This document shows, piece by piece, positions 33,949 through 43,920 of a DNA stretch of 64,000 nt. Position 1 is the first letter of the stretch, and each line of letters opens with the position of its first letter. Below the pieces are notes generated by a model, which worked only from the letters and a program-made list of their open reading frames with translations, did not search any database and was not told the origin of the DNA. The DNA is from Candidatus Eiseniibacteriota bacterium (GTDB lineage Bacteria > Eisenbacteria > RBG-16-71-46 > CAVPCR01), in NCBI GenBank assembly GCA_963823555.1, contig CAWGMA010000001.1:2112001-2176000 (forward strand). The letters are read 5' to 3'. A program made the position numbers and the translations under genes.

Positions 33949-36290
33949 ATGCCAGAAGCCAGACACGAGGATGCCACCCGGCATCATCTACAGGAAGCCC
34001 TCAGGCGCTACCCGCAGCTCGCCGACCGCATCCACCGCGCGCTCCTGATCGCCCTGCATCAGCAGGGGATCTGTACGATCGACGAGATCTACGACCGGGC
34101 CCGGCGGCGAGCGCGACGCGAGGAAGAGCCGGAACCGACAGCGAACGACAGTAGCGACAACATCGCCACCGAACGGCGCTGGGACCGACTCGAACGCCGC
34201 TTCGTCGGCGAGGTCATCCGCGAGCTCACGGTCGAGCACCTATCTCCAGATGAAGTAGACGACCTCATCAACCTCACTCTCAAACGCGAGCAGGTTCGCA
34301 CACTGGAGGAGATCGCGAATCTCTCCACGGTCTCGTTCGGCCTGATCGCCGAGAAGGTCCGCGCCTTCGGGCGGCTGCCGGAGGGACAGACCCGCCTTCC
34401 GGAGTCGGAGGCGCTGGCGGTGCGGGTGGCCCTGATCCGCCACTTCATCTCGGATCAGCTCGAGTTCATCGGCGTGGCCCGCCATCCTCACCATCCGTGA
34501 TTTCGAGGACCTGGTCGATCGCATCGTCGGCGACCGACTGCGGCATCGGGCCGCATCGGCGGCAAGGCCGCGGGCCTGTTCCTGGCCGAGCGGATCCTGC
34601 GATCGGGCGCAGCGCGAGGACGCGGATGCCCCCAAGGTCGAGGTCCGCATTCCCGAGTCGTTCTTCCTGCGCTCGGATGTCATCGAGACAGTTCCTGGAG
34701 CACGACGGCCTCTACGAGCTCCAGCGCCACAAGTACAAGAGCATCGACGAGATCCACAACGAGTACCCGATGATCCTCGAGGTCTTCAAGAACGCGGAGT
34801 TTCCTCCCGAGATCGTGGTCGACCACCTGCGCGCCCTGCTCGAGCAGATCGGGCCGCATCCTCTCATCGTCCGCTCGTCGAGCCTGCTCGAGGATCGCTT
34901 CGGCGCCGCCTTCGCCGGCAAGTACCGCAGCGTCTTCCTGACCAACCAGGGGCCACTCGAGCAGCGGCTGAGCGACCTGCTCGGCGCCATCGCCGAGGTC
35001 TACGCCAGCACCTTGCACGCCGACCCCATCAGCTACCGGCGACGCACAATCTTCTCGACTACGACGAGAACATGGCGATCCTGATCCAGAAGGTCGTCGG
35101 TCAGCGCTACGGACGGTGGTTCTTCCCCGCCTGGGCCGGGGTCGCCTTCTCGCGGAACGAGTACCGGCGCAACTCCCGGATCCGGCCCGAAGACGGCATC
35201 ACGCGCATCGTCTTCGGACTCGGCACCCGGGCCGTGGACCGCGTCTCGAGCGACTGGTCCCGCGCATGATTCCACTGGGCATGCCGACGCTACGCCCGGA
35301 GGTCAAGGACCAGGACATCGTGCGCGCTACTCCCAGCACGAGGTGGACGTGATCAACCTGGAGAGGAACGCGTTCGAGACCGTTCAGCTCGACGAGCTGC
35401 TTGACCGATGATCGGCTCCCCGGCTTGGATCATGCGGTCTCGATCTATCGCAATGGGCACCTGACACGCCCGGTGGGGACTTTCATCGATGCTTCCCGTC
35501 CGAGCTGGTCATCACCTTCGATCGCCTGGTGCGCGAGACCCCCTATCCCGGCTTCCTGCGCTGGGTGCTCTCGACGCTCGAGAAGGCCTACGGGCAACCG
35601 GTGGACATCGAATACGCCTTCGATGGCGAGCGATTCCACTTGCTGCAGTGCCGGCCACAGGTCCTGCGCGGGCTGGACGTGCAGGTGGAGATTCCTTCGG
35701 GCATCGACCCTGCGCAGGTGATCTTCAGCGCCACTCGCGATGTCATCTCGGGTCTGGTCGGTGACATCGAATATGTCGTGGTGGTCGATGCTCACGACTA
35801 TGAGAACATCGACACCAACGAGAGACGACTGCGCGTGGCGGCGGCAATCTCAGCCCTCAACAAGCGCCTCGAAGGCCGCCCCTTCATCCTCATGGGGCCC
35901 GGGCGCTGGGGGAGCAAGGACCCGCTCCTCGGGATCCGCGCCGGATACGCGGACATCAACAACACCCGCATGCTCATCGAGGTGGCGCGCCCCCTGGGCG
36001 GCACCATGCCCGAAGCCTCATTCGGGAGCCACTTCTTCCAGGACCTCATCGAATCCGACATCCAGTACCTCGCCCTCTACCCCGAGGATGAAGGCACCGT
36101 CTACAATGAGGCGTTCTTGCTCGAGTCCGCCAACGATCTTCCCCGGCTGCTGCCGGAGATGGCATCCATGGCGGATGTGGTTCGAGTCATCCATGTCCCC
36201 GCCCTCACCGGGGGGCTCTTCCTGCAGGTGGCGATGGACGGCGACACGAACCGGGCGCTCGGGTACCTGGGACCGAAGCGCGCCCCCTGA
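33949..36290 (+). CDS. PEP/pyruvate-binding (PPDK_N ATP-grasp) domain protein, with multiple frameshifts
   Basis: IGGKAAGL, LIVRSSSLLED..AAFAGKY.S, MAILIQKVVG, GLGTRAV, DIEYA..LLQCRP, GPGRWGS and SFGSHFFQDL across frames. Confidence 0.85.
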
Positions 36291-36295
36291 ACCGC

Positions 36296-37897
36296 TCAGG
36301 CCAGGGTCTCCATGTACCGCGCCACTTCCCGGCTCACCTCCGGCCGTACATCCGGATTCCGCCGCGCCATGCGACGCAGATCGACCTTGGAGACGAACCG
36401 GACGTGGATGAAGGGACGCAGGCTGGAAATCGGGATGTGGGCCGGATTCGCGAGCAGGAGTCGTGGCACGTCGCGGTTGGCCGCCCCCGTGTGCAAGCTC
36501 GGCACCCGGATGATCTTCTCGAGAACGCGCACACTCCTGCTGTCACGCGCCACCAACGCGACCAGGCCGGCCATGGAAATCGCCTTGGGGTTGTCAAGCA
36601 GCCCCAGAATGAACGAGTCGTTGTCGATATGCCGATGGAGGAGATCGAGCAGGGTGAGTTCGCGGCCCGCCTTCGTTCCTGGCTGATCGGGTAGCGACGG
36701 CACGCCATCGGGCAACACGAGATTGAGTGCACGCCCTTCCTGGTAGCAGGTCTCGATTCGATCGGGGCCGGGTCGGCGGGCGCCCCACTCCGCAATCGTC
36801 GGCCAGATCGCCTCGGCGATCTCAGGCTCCAGGGACAGGGCGATCGACGTGTCTCCCTGCCGGTACTCGAGCACCTGCAACATGATCGACAGCAGATCCG
36901 CGGGCCGGCCATCCGTCACCGCCTTGGCGCGCAGGAGGTGGATCTGATAGAGCTGCGAGACGTGGAAGGCGAACTCGCGGCTGAGCACCGGGCGGAGACG
37001 CATGGCTTCGATGATTCGCCCCAGGCTCCGGGCCACGGTATCCCTGGACATGGCCTTCACCAGCTTGTCCAGTTCGGTGCTGGTGAGCGCCTGCTCGATG
37101 GTGAGTGACCGCTCGAAGAACGGTTCATAGGTGTTGATCCTCGACACCACATCCTTCATATGCTCGATGTCCTGATCAAGCCGGCTGAGCACTGGCAGCA
37201 GGCGCGCGATCCGGCGCGTGTCGTAAGGATCGATGGCGCCCGCGAGCAGGGACACGCGCTTCTCGAGCAGCTTCACCTCGAGCATGGCGAGCTGGGTGAT
37301 GAACTGCAGCGTGTCATCGGGGAGATCACGCCCTTCATCGAGCCGGAGCGCGATCTGGTCGAACCAGGCGTTCAGGTGCTGATGGACGGCGCCCAGCACC
37401 CGGCGATCTGCTGGCAGCTCGCCGATGGCGAGATCGAGAGCACCAAGGCGCGCCCCCTCCTCCAGCATGTCGAGAATGGGCCTGGCTGCGTTCACTTCCT
37501 GTGATTCTTCGGGCTCGTGCCAGGACCCGCTCGCGATCTTCAGGGTGACGCGCCTCAGACTGGACAGTCCGTTGAGCTGGCCGAGGACCTCCGCTCCCGG
37601 GCGCGTGACCTCCAGGAAGCCGAACCAGAGCCGGAGGCCTGACCGCTCTCGAGCGAGGGCCAGGGTGCCCGCCGCCTTCAAGAGCTCGATCGCCGCCCCC
37701 GCCTCGAGCTTGCGGAAGACCTCCGCAATCCGCCGGTTCCGCTCCCGGACCCGCTCGTCATCGGTCGCGGCCCGGATGCACTCAGCATGGGCAGGAGAGA
37801 CAGCGAGCTGCGACAGTTGCCCCGCCGCCTCGGTCAATGGAAGGGAGGCGGTGAGATCGACGGCCGCATACGGGGGATCGAGGGCTTGAGCGGGCAT
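36296..37897 (-). CDS. All-helical hypothetical protein
   Basis: 533-aa ORF with good codon bias and C-terminal LLDNP.../LLANP..IP...DL..MA repeat-like motifs. Confidence 0.7.
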   Translation of the reverse strand: MPAQALDPPYAAVDLTASLPLTEAAGQLSQLAVSPAHAECIRAATDDERVRERNRRIAEVFRKLEAGAAIELLKAAGTLALARERSGLRLWFGFLEVTRPGAEVLGQLNGLSSLRRVTLKIASGSWHEPEESQEVNAARPILDMLEEGARLGALDLAIGELPADRRVLGAVHQHLNAWFDQIALRLDEGRDLPDDTLQFITQLAMLEVKLLEKRVSLLAGAIDPYDTRRIARLLPVLSRLDQDIEHMKDVVSRINTYEPFFERSLTIEQALTSTELDKLVKAMSRDTVARSLGRIIEAMRLRPVLSREFAFHVSQLYQIHLLRAKAVTDGRPADLLSIMLQVLEYRQGDTSIALSLEPEIAEAIWPTIAEWGARRPGPDRIETCYQEGRALNLVLPDGVPSLPDQPGTKAGRELTLLDLLHRHIDNDSFILGLLDNPKAISMAGLVALVARDSRSVRVLEKIIRVPSLHTGAANRDVPRLLLANPAHIPISSLRPFIHVRFVSKVDLRRMARRNPDVRPEVSREVARYMETLA

Positions 37898-38031
37898 GCC
37901 TCACCGTGGGACAGAAGGTGGCAGCGGTCTGGGCCGGAAACGGGTTCGAGCTCAGTATCGGCAGCCCATCGCCCGTCCTCATGGTGCAAGACCGAATCCC
38001 ACTCGCGGTCCCATCCTGATACCATCGCGCC

Positions 38032-38193
38032 ATGGAGCCCTTTCTCGGCATCCCGCTCTGGTTCCTGTTCGGCCTCCTGGGGGCCTGGATCGCCACCACC
38101 AAGGGCCGCTCGGGATGTGGGTGGTTTCTGGTCTGCGCGATTCTCGGCCCGATCGGTCTCCTCGTCGCCGCCGTGATCAAGAAGAGGGGCTGA
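38032..38193 (+). CDS. Small two-TM membrane protein (53 aa, missed by the ORF track)
   Basis: MEPFLGIPLWFLFGLLGAWIATTKGRSGCGWFLVCAILGPIGLLVAAVIKKRG*, with a KGRSxxxWF...LGP hairpin motif. Confidence 0.7.
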   Translation: MEPFLGIPLWFLFGLLGAWIATTKGRSGCGWFLVCAILGPIGLLVAAVIKKRG

Positions 38194-38279
38194 GCCCGAG
38201 GCGCTCCCACCGGGCCATTGACAGCCTGTAGGCACTCGCCCGTGGTCCCGGAGCGCCGCACCTGTTCCCGAAAGAGCCC

Positions 38280-38462
38280 ATGAACCCGTCCCCTGCTCGG
38301 CCGCTTCAGCTCCTGCTGATCGGCGGCCTCTTCGCCCTCGTCTACATTCTGATCCAGCTCCCCCTCGGCTATGACGGTCTCGTCGGGGGATCACTCCGGC
38401 CGGCCGAGAGCCAACGGCACCCAGGCGGTACCCACGTCGGCTCTGCAAATCACCAGCGCTAG
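38280..38462 (+). CDS. Possible small single-TM protein
   Basis: 60-aa ORF with hydrophobic LLLIGGLFALVYILI. Weak RBS. Confidence 0.3.
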   Translation: MNPSPARPLQLLLIGGLFALVYILIQLPLGYDGLVGGSLRPAESQRHPGGTHVGSANHQR

Positions 38463-38779
38463 TGGGACGCAGCCGAGCATCATCTCCCTCCGGTCTCTGA
38501 AGAGAGGATAAGATGATGATGAAATGGGGCTTTGTGTTCCAGGCGAGGATCGCACTGGCAGCTGTCTCCGGCGGGGCCAGACTTCGTCGGAGGGAAGGGC
38601 CGGATCGATAACCAATATCGCCACCGTCCTTCCGCATGAAGCCGCTCTCGGTCCTGGGCTGCGAGCATACGGGCTACTTCGTCCCGTGGCAGGCGCCGGC
38701 AACACGGCGTTGACGTCTTCCTGCGGCCCTCCTACGATCTACTCGGAGGCCAAGACCCGGCTTGCCTTGGGGTGGCTCG

Positions 38780-41700
38780 ATGGATCACCAGGATCCGCGT
38801 CATGATCCACCGCCGGCAACACGGCGAAGGAAGGATGGCGAGGAAGCCGATGCGACAGCCTCGATCGGCGACCTGGTTCGCTCGATTGCCTCCCAGTTCG
38901 AGCTGGTCATGGGCCGACCGGAACGAGTGGCCGACTTCTGCTCCCGCCTCCAACAGCAGATCAGTCATCCGCCGACCGCCGCGGAAGCGGCACAGCTCGA
39001 AGAGCTGATCCCGCTCCTCTCCCTCAAGGGGGGAGACCTTGCAGCCCCGCTGTTCGATCTCCTGGCGCGAGTTGCCAGCGTCTGCGGTGCCCCATGGCCC
39101 TTCCTCGCCGGGATGCTCGCCGCCCGCGATCCCGAACTCGGGCGCCGCGCCCTGCACCTGACCGCGCAGCTCGCCGAGTCTGGAATGATCCCCATCGACG
39201 AGGAGAAGGCCCTCTTCCTCGCGCGGCAGGTCGAGAGCGAAGGCTCCCTCTTCCGTGAAAGCACTTCGTTGCGAACGATCGGGCAGCTCGTCAGCCGATT
39301 GCCGGCCGCGGGCGCCGCGCACCCGGTGCTCGACCTCTACCGCCGCGCGCCCCCCGACCCCCTCTCCCGCCTGGCGGCGCGCCTCCTCGATCTCGACAAC
39401 CAGCCGGCATCCAGCCGGCTCGCGAGGGAACTCCTGGGACGCGATGCCTATAGCTTCCTCCACCCCTATCTCGACTACACCCGGGCGTCCCATTTCGATC
39501 TCCTGCACCTCGTGCCCGAGCGTGGCCAGCCTCCACCCGCTCTCCCTTCGCTTCGCCGCACCGAAACCACCTGCGGCGCGGAGCTTCTGCGCGAGGTGAT
39601 CGCAGCCCTGGGCTGGCACCGCATCAATCTCGGCCTCGAGGTCACGCCGACCATCGGCGTCTCGATCGGCGATTCGATTCCCTTCCTGGTGTCGCCGGCC
39701 GAGGCGCAGCTCATCGCGTCCTGCACCGGCGCACGGCGCGTCTCCGAGTCCTTCATCTTCATCGCGCATGGCGGCCTGCCGGTGGATCAGCCGGGCGATC
39801 ACGAGCAGGGGAGCACGGTCGCCCGATTCCGGGCCTATAACCTGGCGCACGCCGAGGTCCTCGCCGACATCCTCGACGTGGCGGCACTCACCGGGGAGAA
39901 GACACGGCGGATACTCAGCCGGATGGACGAGATCGTCAGCGACTTCACCGCGCTGTTCGCCGCCATGAGTGAAGAATGCGAAATTCTTCCTGCCGTGTAC
40001 GCGGAACTCAGACAACGAGTCACCACCGAGCTGGAGAAGGAGGATGTCCATCCTCAGCTCTCGCCCGAGCTCACGAGACTCGTTCAGATGTTCGAGGATC
40101 CGGGATCGCTGGCGGACGTGAGGACGCTTCACGGCCTCAAACGCTACCTCCACCAGCGCGGGCTCAAGCTCGGCCTGCGACTGGTCGCCGCGGGCGCGGG
40201 GACCATGCGCACGGTGAGCCTTGTTGTCTCCAATCGCCGGCGAATCCTCCGCACTGTGGCCGCTATCCAGTATGTCGACTTCGAACCAACCACACCGCAG
40301 TTCAGCGCAGGACCGGAAACGGCATCGACCGTCGGACTGCCCTTCCCCGTCTCCGTGCTCGTGCATGCGTACGGCACCCAGCTCCTTCATGGCCAGGAGA
40401 GCTTCCCGAGCATCAAGATCTTCTGCTATGGCAACGAGGTCCACTACTACATCGCGTTCAAGAATCACCCGGCTTTCCTGCGCATCGATTTCTCGCCTCC
40501 GCTCAAGGGCGGCATGATCGATCTCGAGTACTTCGGTGTCAGCAACTACGAGCTGTCCGCCCACCCCAACCCGGCGCTGGACTCGATCCGGCTGTTCTTT
40601 GGCCGCCTCGATTTCGATGTCCAGATCGACGGTACGCGGATCCACGCCCGCTACGACAAGGAGCGGGCCCTCGACCTGGGAGAACTGTGTGACGCAGCCG
40701 GAGCCTTGTGCCGGCTCATTCCCTTTCTCATGGATGTGGACTGGATCATCGGCGGCCTGGATCTCGACCGCGACGCCCGCGCCAGGGTGGCCCGGGCCTG
40801 GGCCGACCGATTCGCGCTGTCGGGGACGTTGCCCATCGAGCAGCTCTTGACCCGGGACCGTAGGGGCATCCTCCAGGCCGTGGAGACGGGTCCGGCCGGG
40901 GAGCGCGAGGTGCCGTGGTCGGGAGAAGGGTCCTATCGCGATCGCCTCCATCTGCCGTCGGCCGATCTTCTCCTTCCCTTGCACTCGGCACTGGAAGAGC
41001 TCGGGCTGGACATCGTGTCGTTCCCGACACCAGGCGAGAGCCAGGGCGTGGGGGCGATGGCGCTCGAGCGCCTCCTGCTACGCCCCCTGCGGGAGGCGGT
41101 GGCCCGGGGCGAGCTGATGGTGACACCCGACGGATTCCGGAAGTGCCCACCCCAGAGGTTCCAGCGGAAACATGAGGCGGAAGCGCTGGCCGAGATCCTG
41201 GGCCGGGATGACACGACCATCAGAGAGGCCGCTCTGCTCGGCCAGCTGGTGGCGCCGCTCGAACGAACCCTCAGCTTCCAGACCACCGGCAGCGTGAACG
41301 GCTACGAGGTCCAGCGGGCGCGCTTGCCCTTGCTCGGAGAAAGCCTGGGGCTCCACGTGCTTCGCGACGCAGGTGGAATCGTCCGCCTGGCCGTCTTCAC
41401 CCACGGCGAGTCGATCTACAAGCGCCGGGATGACCCCAATGACACCTGGCGCTCGAACGAGAGCCTGAGCGTCCCCGAGCTCACATTGCTCCTCCGCCGA
41501 TCGAATTACCTGGCTCCCGGCGTGGAGTCGCCCGGGGAATGGGAGGCCGAGGAGGCGGAGAGGATCCGGGAGATGTTCGGGCGCACGAGCCCGTTCGAAC
41601 CGCGCGCACCGCTCAGGGGCGAGAGCGTGCTCAGGGGGCTCAGGGCATCGCCGGGCCGGGCTGTGGGCAGGGTCCTCTTCAGCACGGTCGGACGCCTGCC

Positions 41701-43920
41701 CGCCGACTTCGACGGCGCGGTCTTGGTGGCCGCCTCGGTGCGGCCGGAGGACAGCATCGTCCTCCACCATGCCGCGGGCATCGTCAGTACCGGGGGCGGG
41801 ATTCTCAGCCATGCCGGGCTCATCGCCGTGCAGCTGCACAAGCCAGCCCTCATCATCTCCGGACAGTGGCGAGACGAAGCGGACGGCACCCGCAGCCTCC
41901 TTCACGGCACCTTCGAGTACACGGAGGAAGCACGCGAGATGGGAGGCCACCGCGTCGTTCTCTGGCACGGCATGAAGGAGCGCGAGCACCGGCTGCACGA
42001 AGGAGCCCTGGTGGTGGTGGATGCCGATGCGGGAACGCTGCGTGTCATCGGCCATGACCGGGAAGCGCTGGCCTTGCACGAAGAGCTACGGCTCTTCGCC
42101 GCAGCCAGCCGACATCTGCTGCATGCCACCGACGAGAACGAGATCCTGCGCTTGCGCGGCAGGCAGCTCCAGGCGCGCTACCAGATCGCGAAACTCCTCG
42201 GTCGCCTCAACGATCCGATTGTCGCCCGCCATGCCGTCCACGAGATCCTGCTGGGCGAGGCCTTCGAGCCGGCCGGGGCTCGCGCCCACCGCGCTCAGCT
42301 CTTGTCCCTTGTCCTCGGCAACCCGCGTGTCGGCCCCGCGGCCCGCGACGGTTTGCTCCAGATCGCAAGGGAACTCGACCGCCGCCGTGCGGCGGCGCAC
42401 GAAGCGGCGGAGCGCTGCATCCCGGCCGCCGAATCCGTGTTCGAGATCCTGTGGCTGCGCCTGGCGGTCCGCCGCCTTCACCGCATTCTCGAGGGCACCA
42501 CCACGGCCCTGCTCGAGTGCGGGCTCGATGCTCCCCCACCAGACTCCTTCCTTCCATCCGCCATCGATCAGATGGCGGCTCGCCGGCTTGCCGATCTCAG
42601 GCTCGAGCGGCTTCATGCGCTGAGCGATGCGGCCGTCGGATCCCGGCAGCGGGTCCGGCGACGTCATCTGCTGCGTGAGATCGGACGCCTCGACCTCCTC
42701 CTGGGCAGGCAAGGGCAGCAGGACCGCGCGGCCTCTGCGGATGAGCTCTCTCGATCCGATGCCCAGGCGTGCGCAAGACTCGCCAAGCAGCACATCCTCG
42801 GCCCGGAGGAGGGAGGACTGGAGCTCCATCCCCTTCTCGGCTGGAAGGCGGCCAACCTCGCCGAGATCGGGGAGCTGGGCGGCCTCGCCCACGTCCCGCC
42901 CTGGTTTGCCATCACCCGTCGCGCGTTCAACGAGGTCCTCGCCAGGCCACTCGACCAGACGGCCCCGGCGAGTCCCGAGATCCTCCGGACCAGCCCCACG
43001 CTGGGTGTCGCCATCGATGCGATCCTGGATCGAGCCGACCTCAGCCCGGGGCAGCAGTCGGCGCAGATTCGTGAGCTCTGGGATCGGGTCGCGCTCCCCA
43101 GGGAGTTGATTGCCGAACTCCTGGCCGCCTATCGCCGGCTGGGGGAACTCCTGGCGCGGAGCGAAGACGCGCCACCTGATCCGGTCGGACCCTATGTCGC
43201 CATCCGCTCCTCCAGCCTTGAGGAGGACACCGAGAGCGCCGCCCGTGCCGGTGAGTTCGACACCTTCCTGTTCGTCCGCGGGGAAGATCGGCTCCTCGAC
43301 CCACCTCAGACGGGCATGGAGCGGGCTGTGGACGGAACGGGCGATCCACAACCGCGCGACGCTCGGCACGGGCTCGGGCCGGATCGGCGGCGGGGTCATC
43401 GTCCAGCGCATCGTCCGCTCGCGCGTTTCTGGAGTGCTCGCAGACAGTGAACGTCGCCGAGGGCAATATGCGGGAGATGGTGATCAACGCCGGGCTCGGG
43501 CTCGGCGAGGGGATCGTCTCCGGCGTCGTGGCGGCCGATCAGGTCGTGGTCGCCAAGGGCGGGGACCCGCGACATGAGTCGCTGCGCTTCCGTTACTTGA
43601 CGAGCGACAAGCAGAGCCAGGTCGTCTTCAACGAACGCGCGGGATCGGCACGGTGCGCGCCGAGACCCTCTATCACCAGCGACTTCGCCCCGCACTCGAG
43701 TACGTCGAGCTGTGCGAACTCGTGGCGCATCGCCACCGATCTCGAGGCGGCGTACGGCTACCCGCTCGACATCGAGTTCGGGATCGAGGGCACCCGCCTC
43801 TGGATCCTGCAGGTCCGCCCGATGGCCGTCTATGTCCCGGCGCTCCGCGAGACGCTCGATGATGATCCGATTTCGGCGGCGCCGCCGACCCGCTCTCCCC
43901 ATGAGGAGTCACAGTCATGA
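38780..43920 (+). CDS. Giant (~1,700 aa) dikinase-family protein: unknown N-terminus, phospho-His swivel domain, C-terminal ATP-grasp (frameshifts after ~43300)
   Basis: GLRASPGRAVG...GGILSHAGLIA (His ~41810)...VVDAD.G, then LGWKAANL, VPPWF, AIRSS..EED....AGEFDT, VIVQ, GLGEGIVSG and DIEFG...LQVRP. Confidence 0.85.

Noticed and set aside
34480..35520. Several short ORFs (183, 195, 65 aa etc.) as independent genes
   Set aside because: They are consecutive fragments of one PPDK_N-domain protein.
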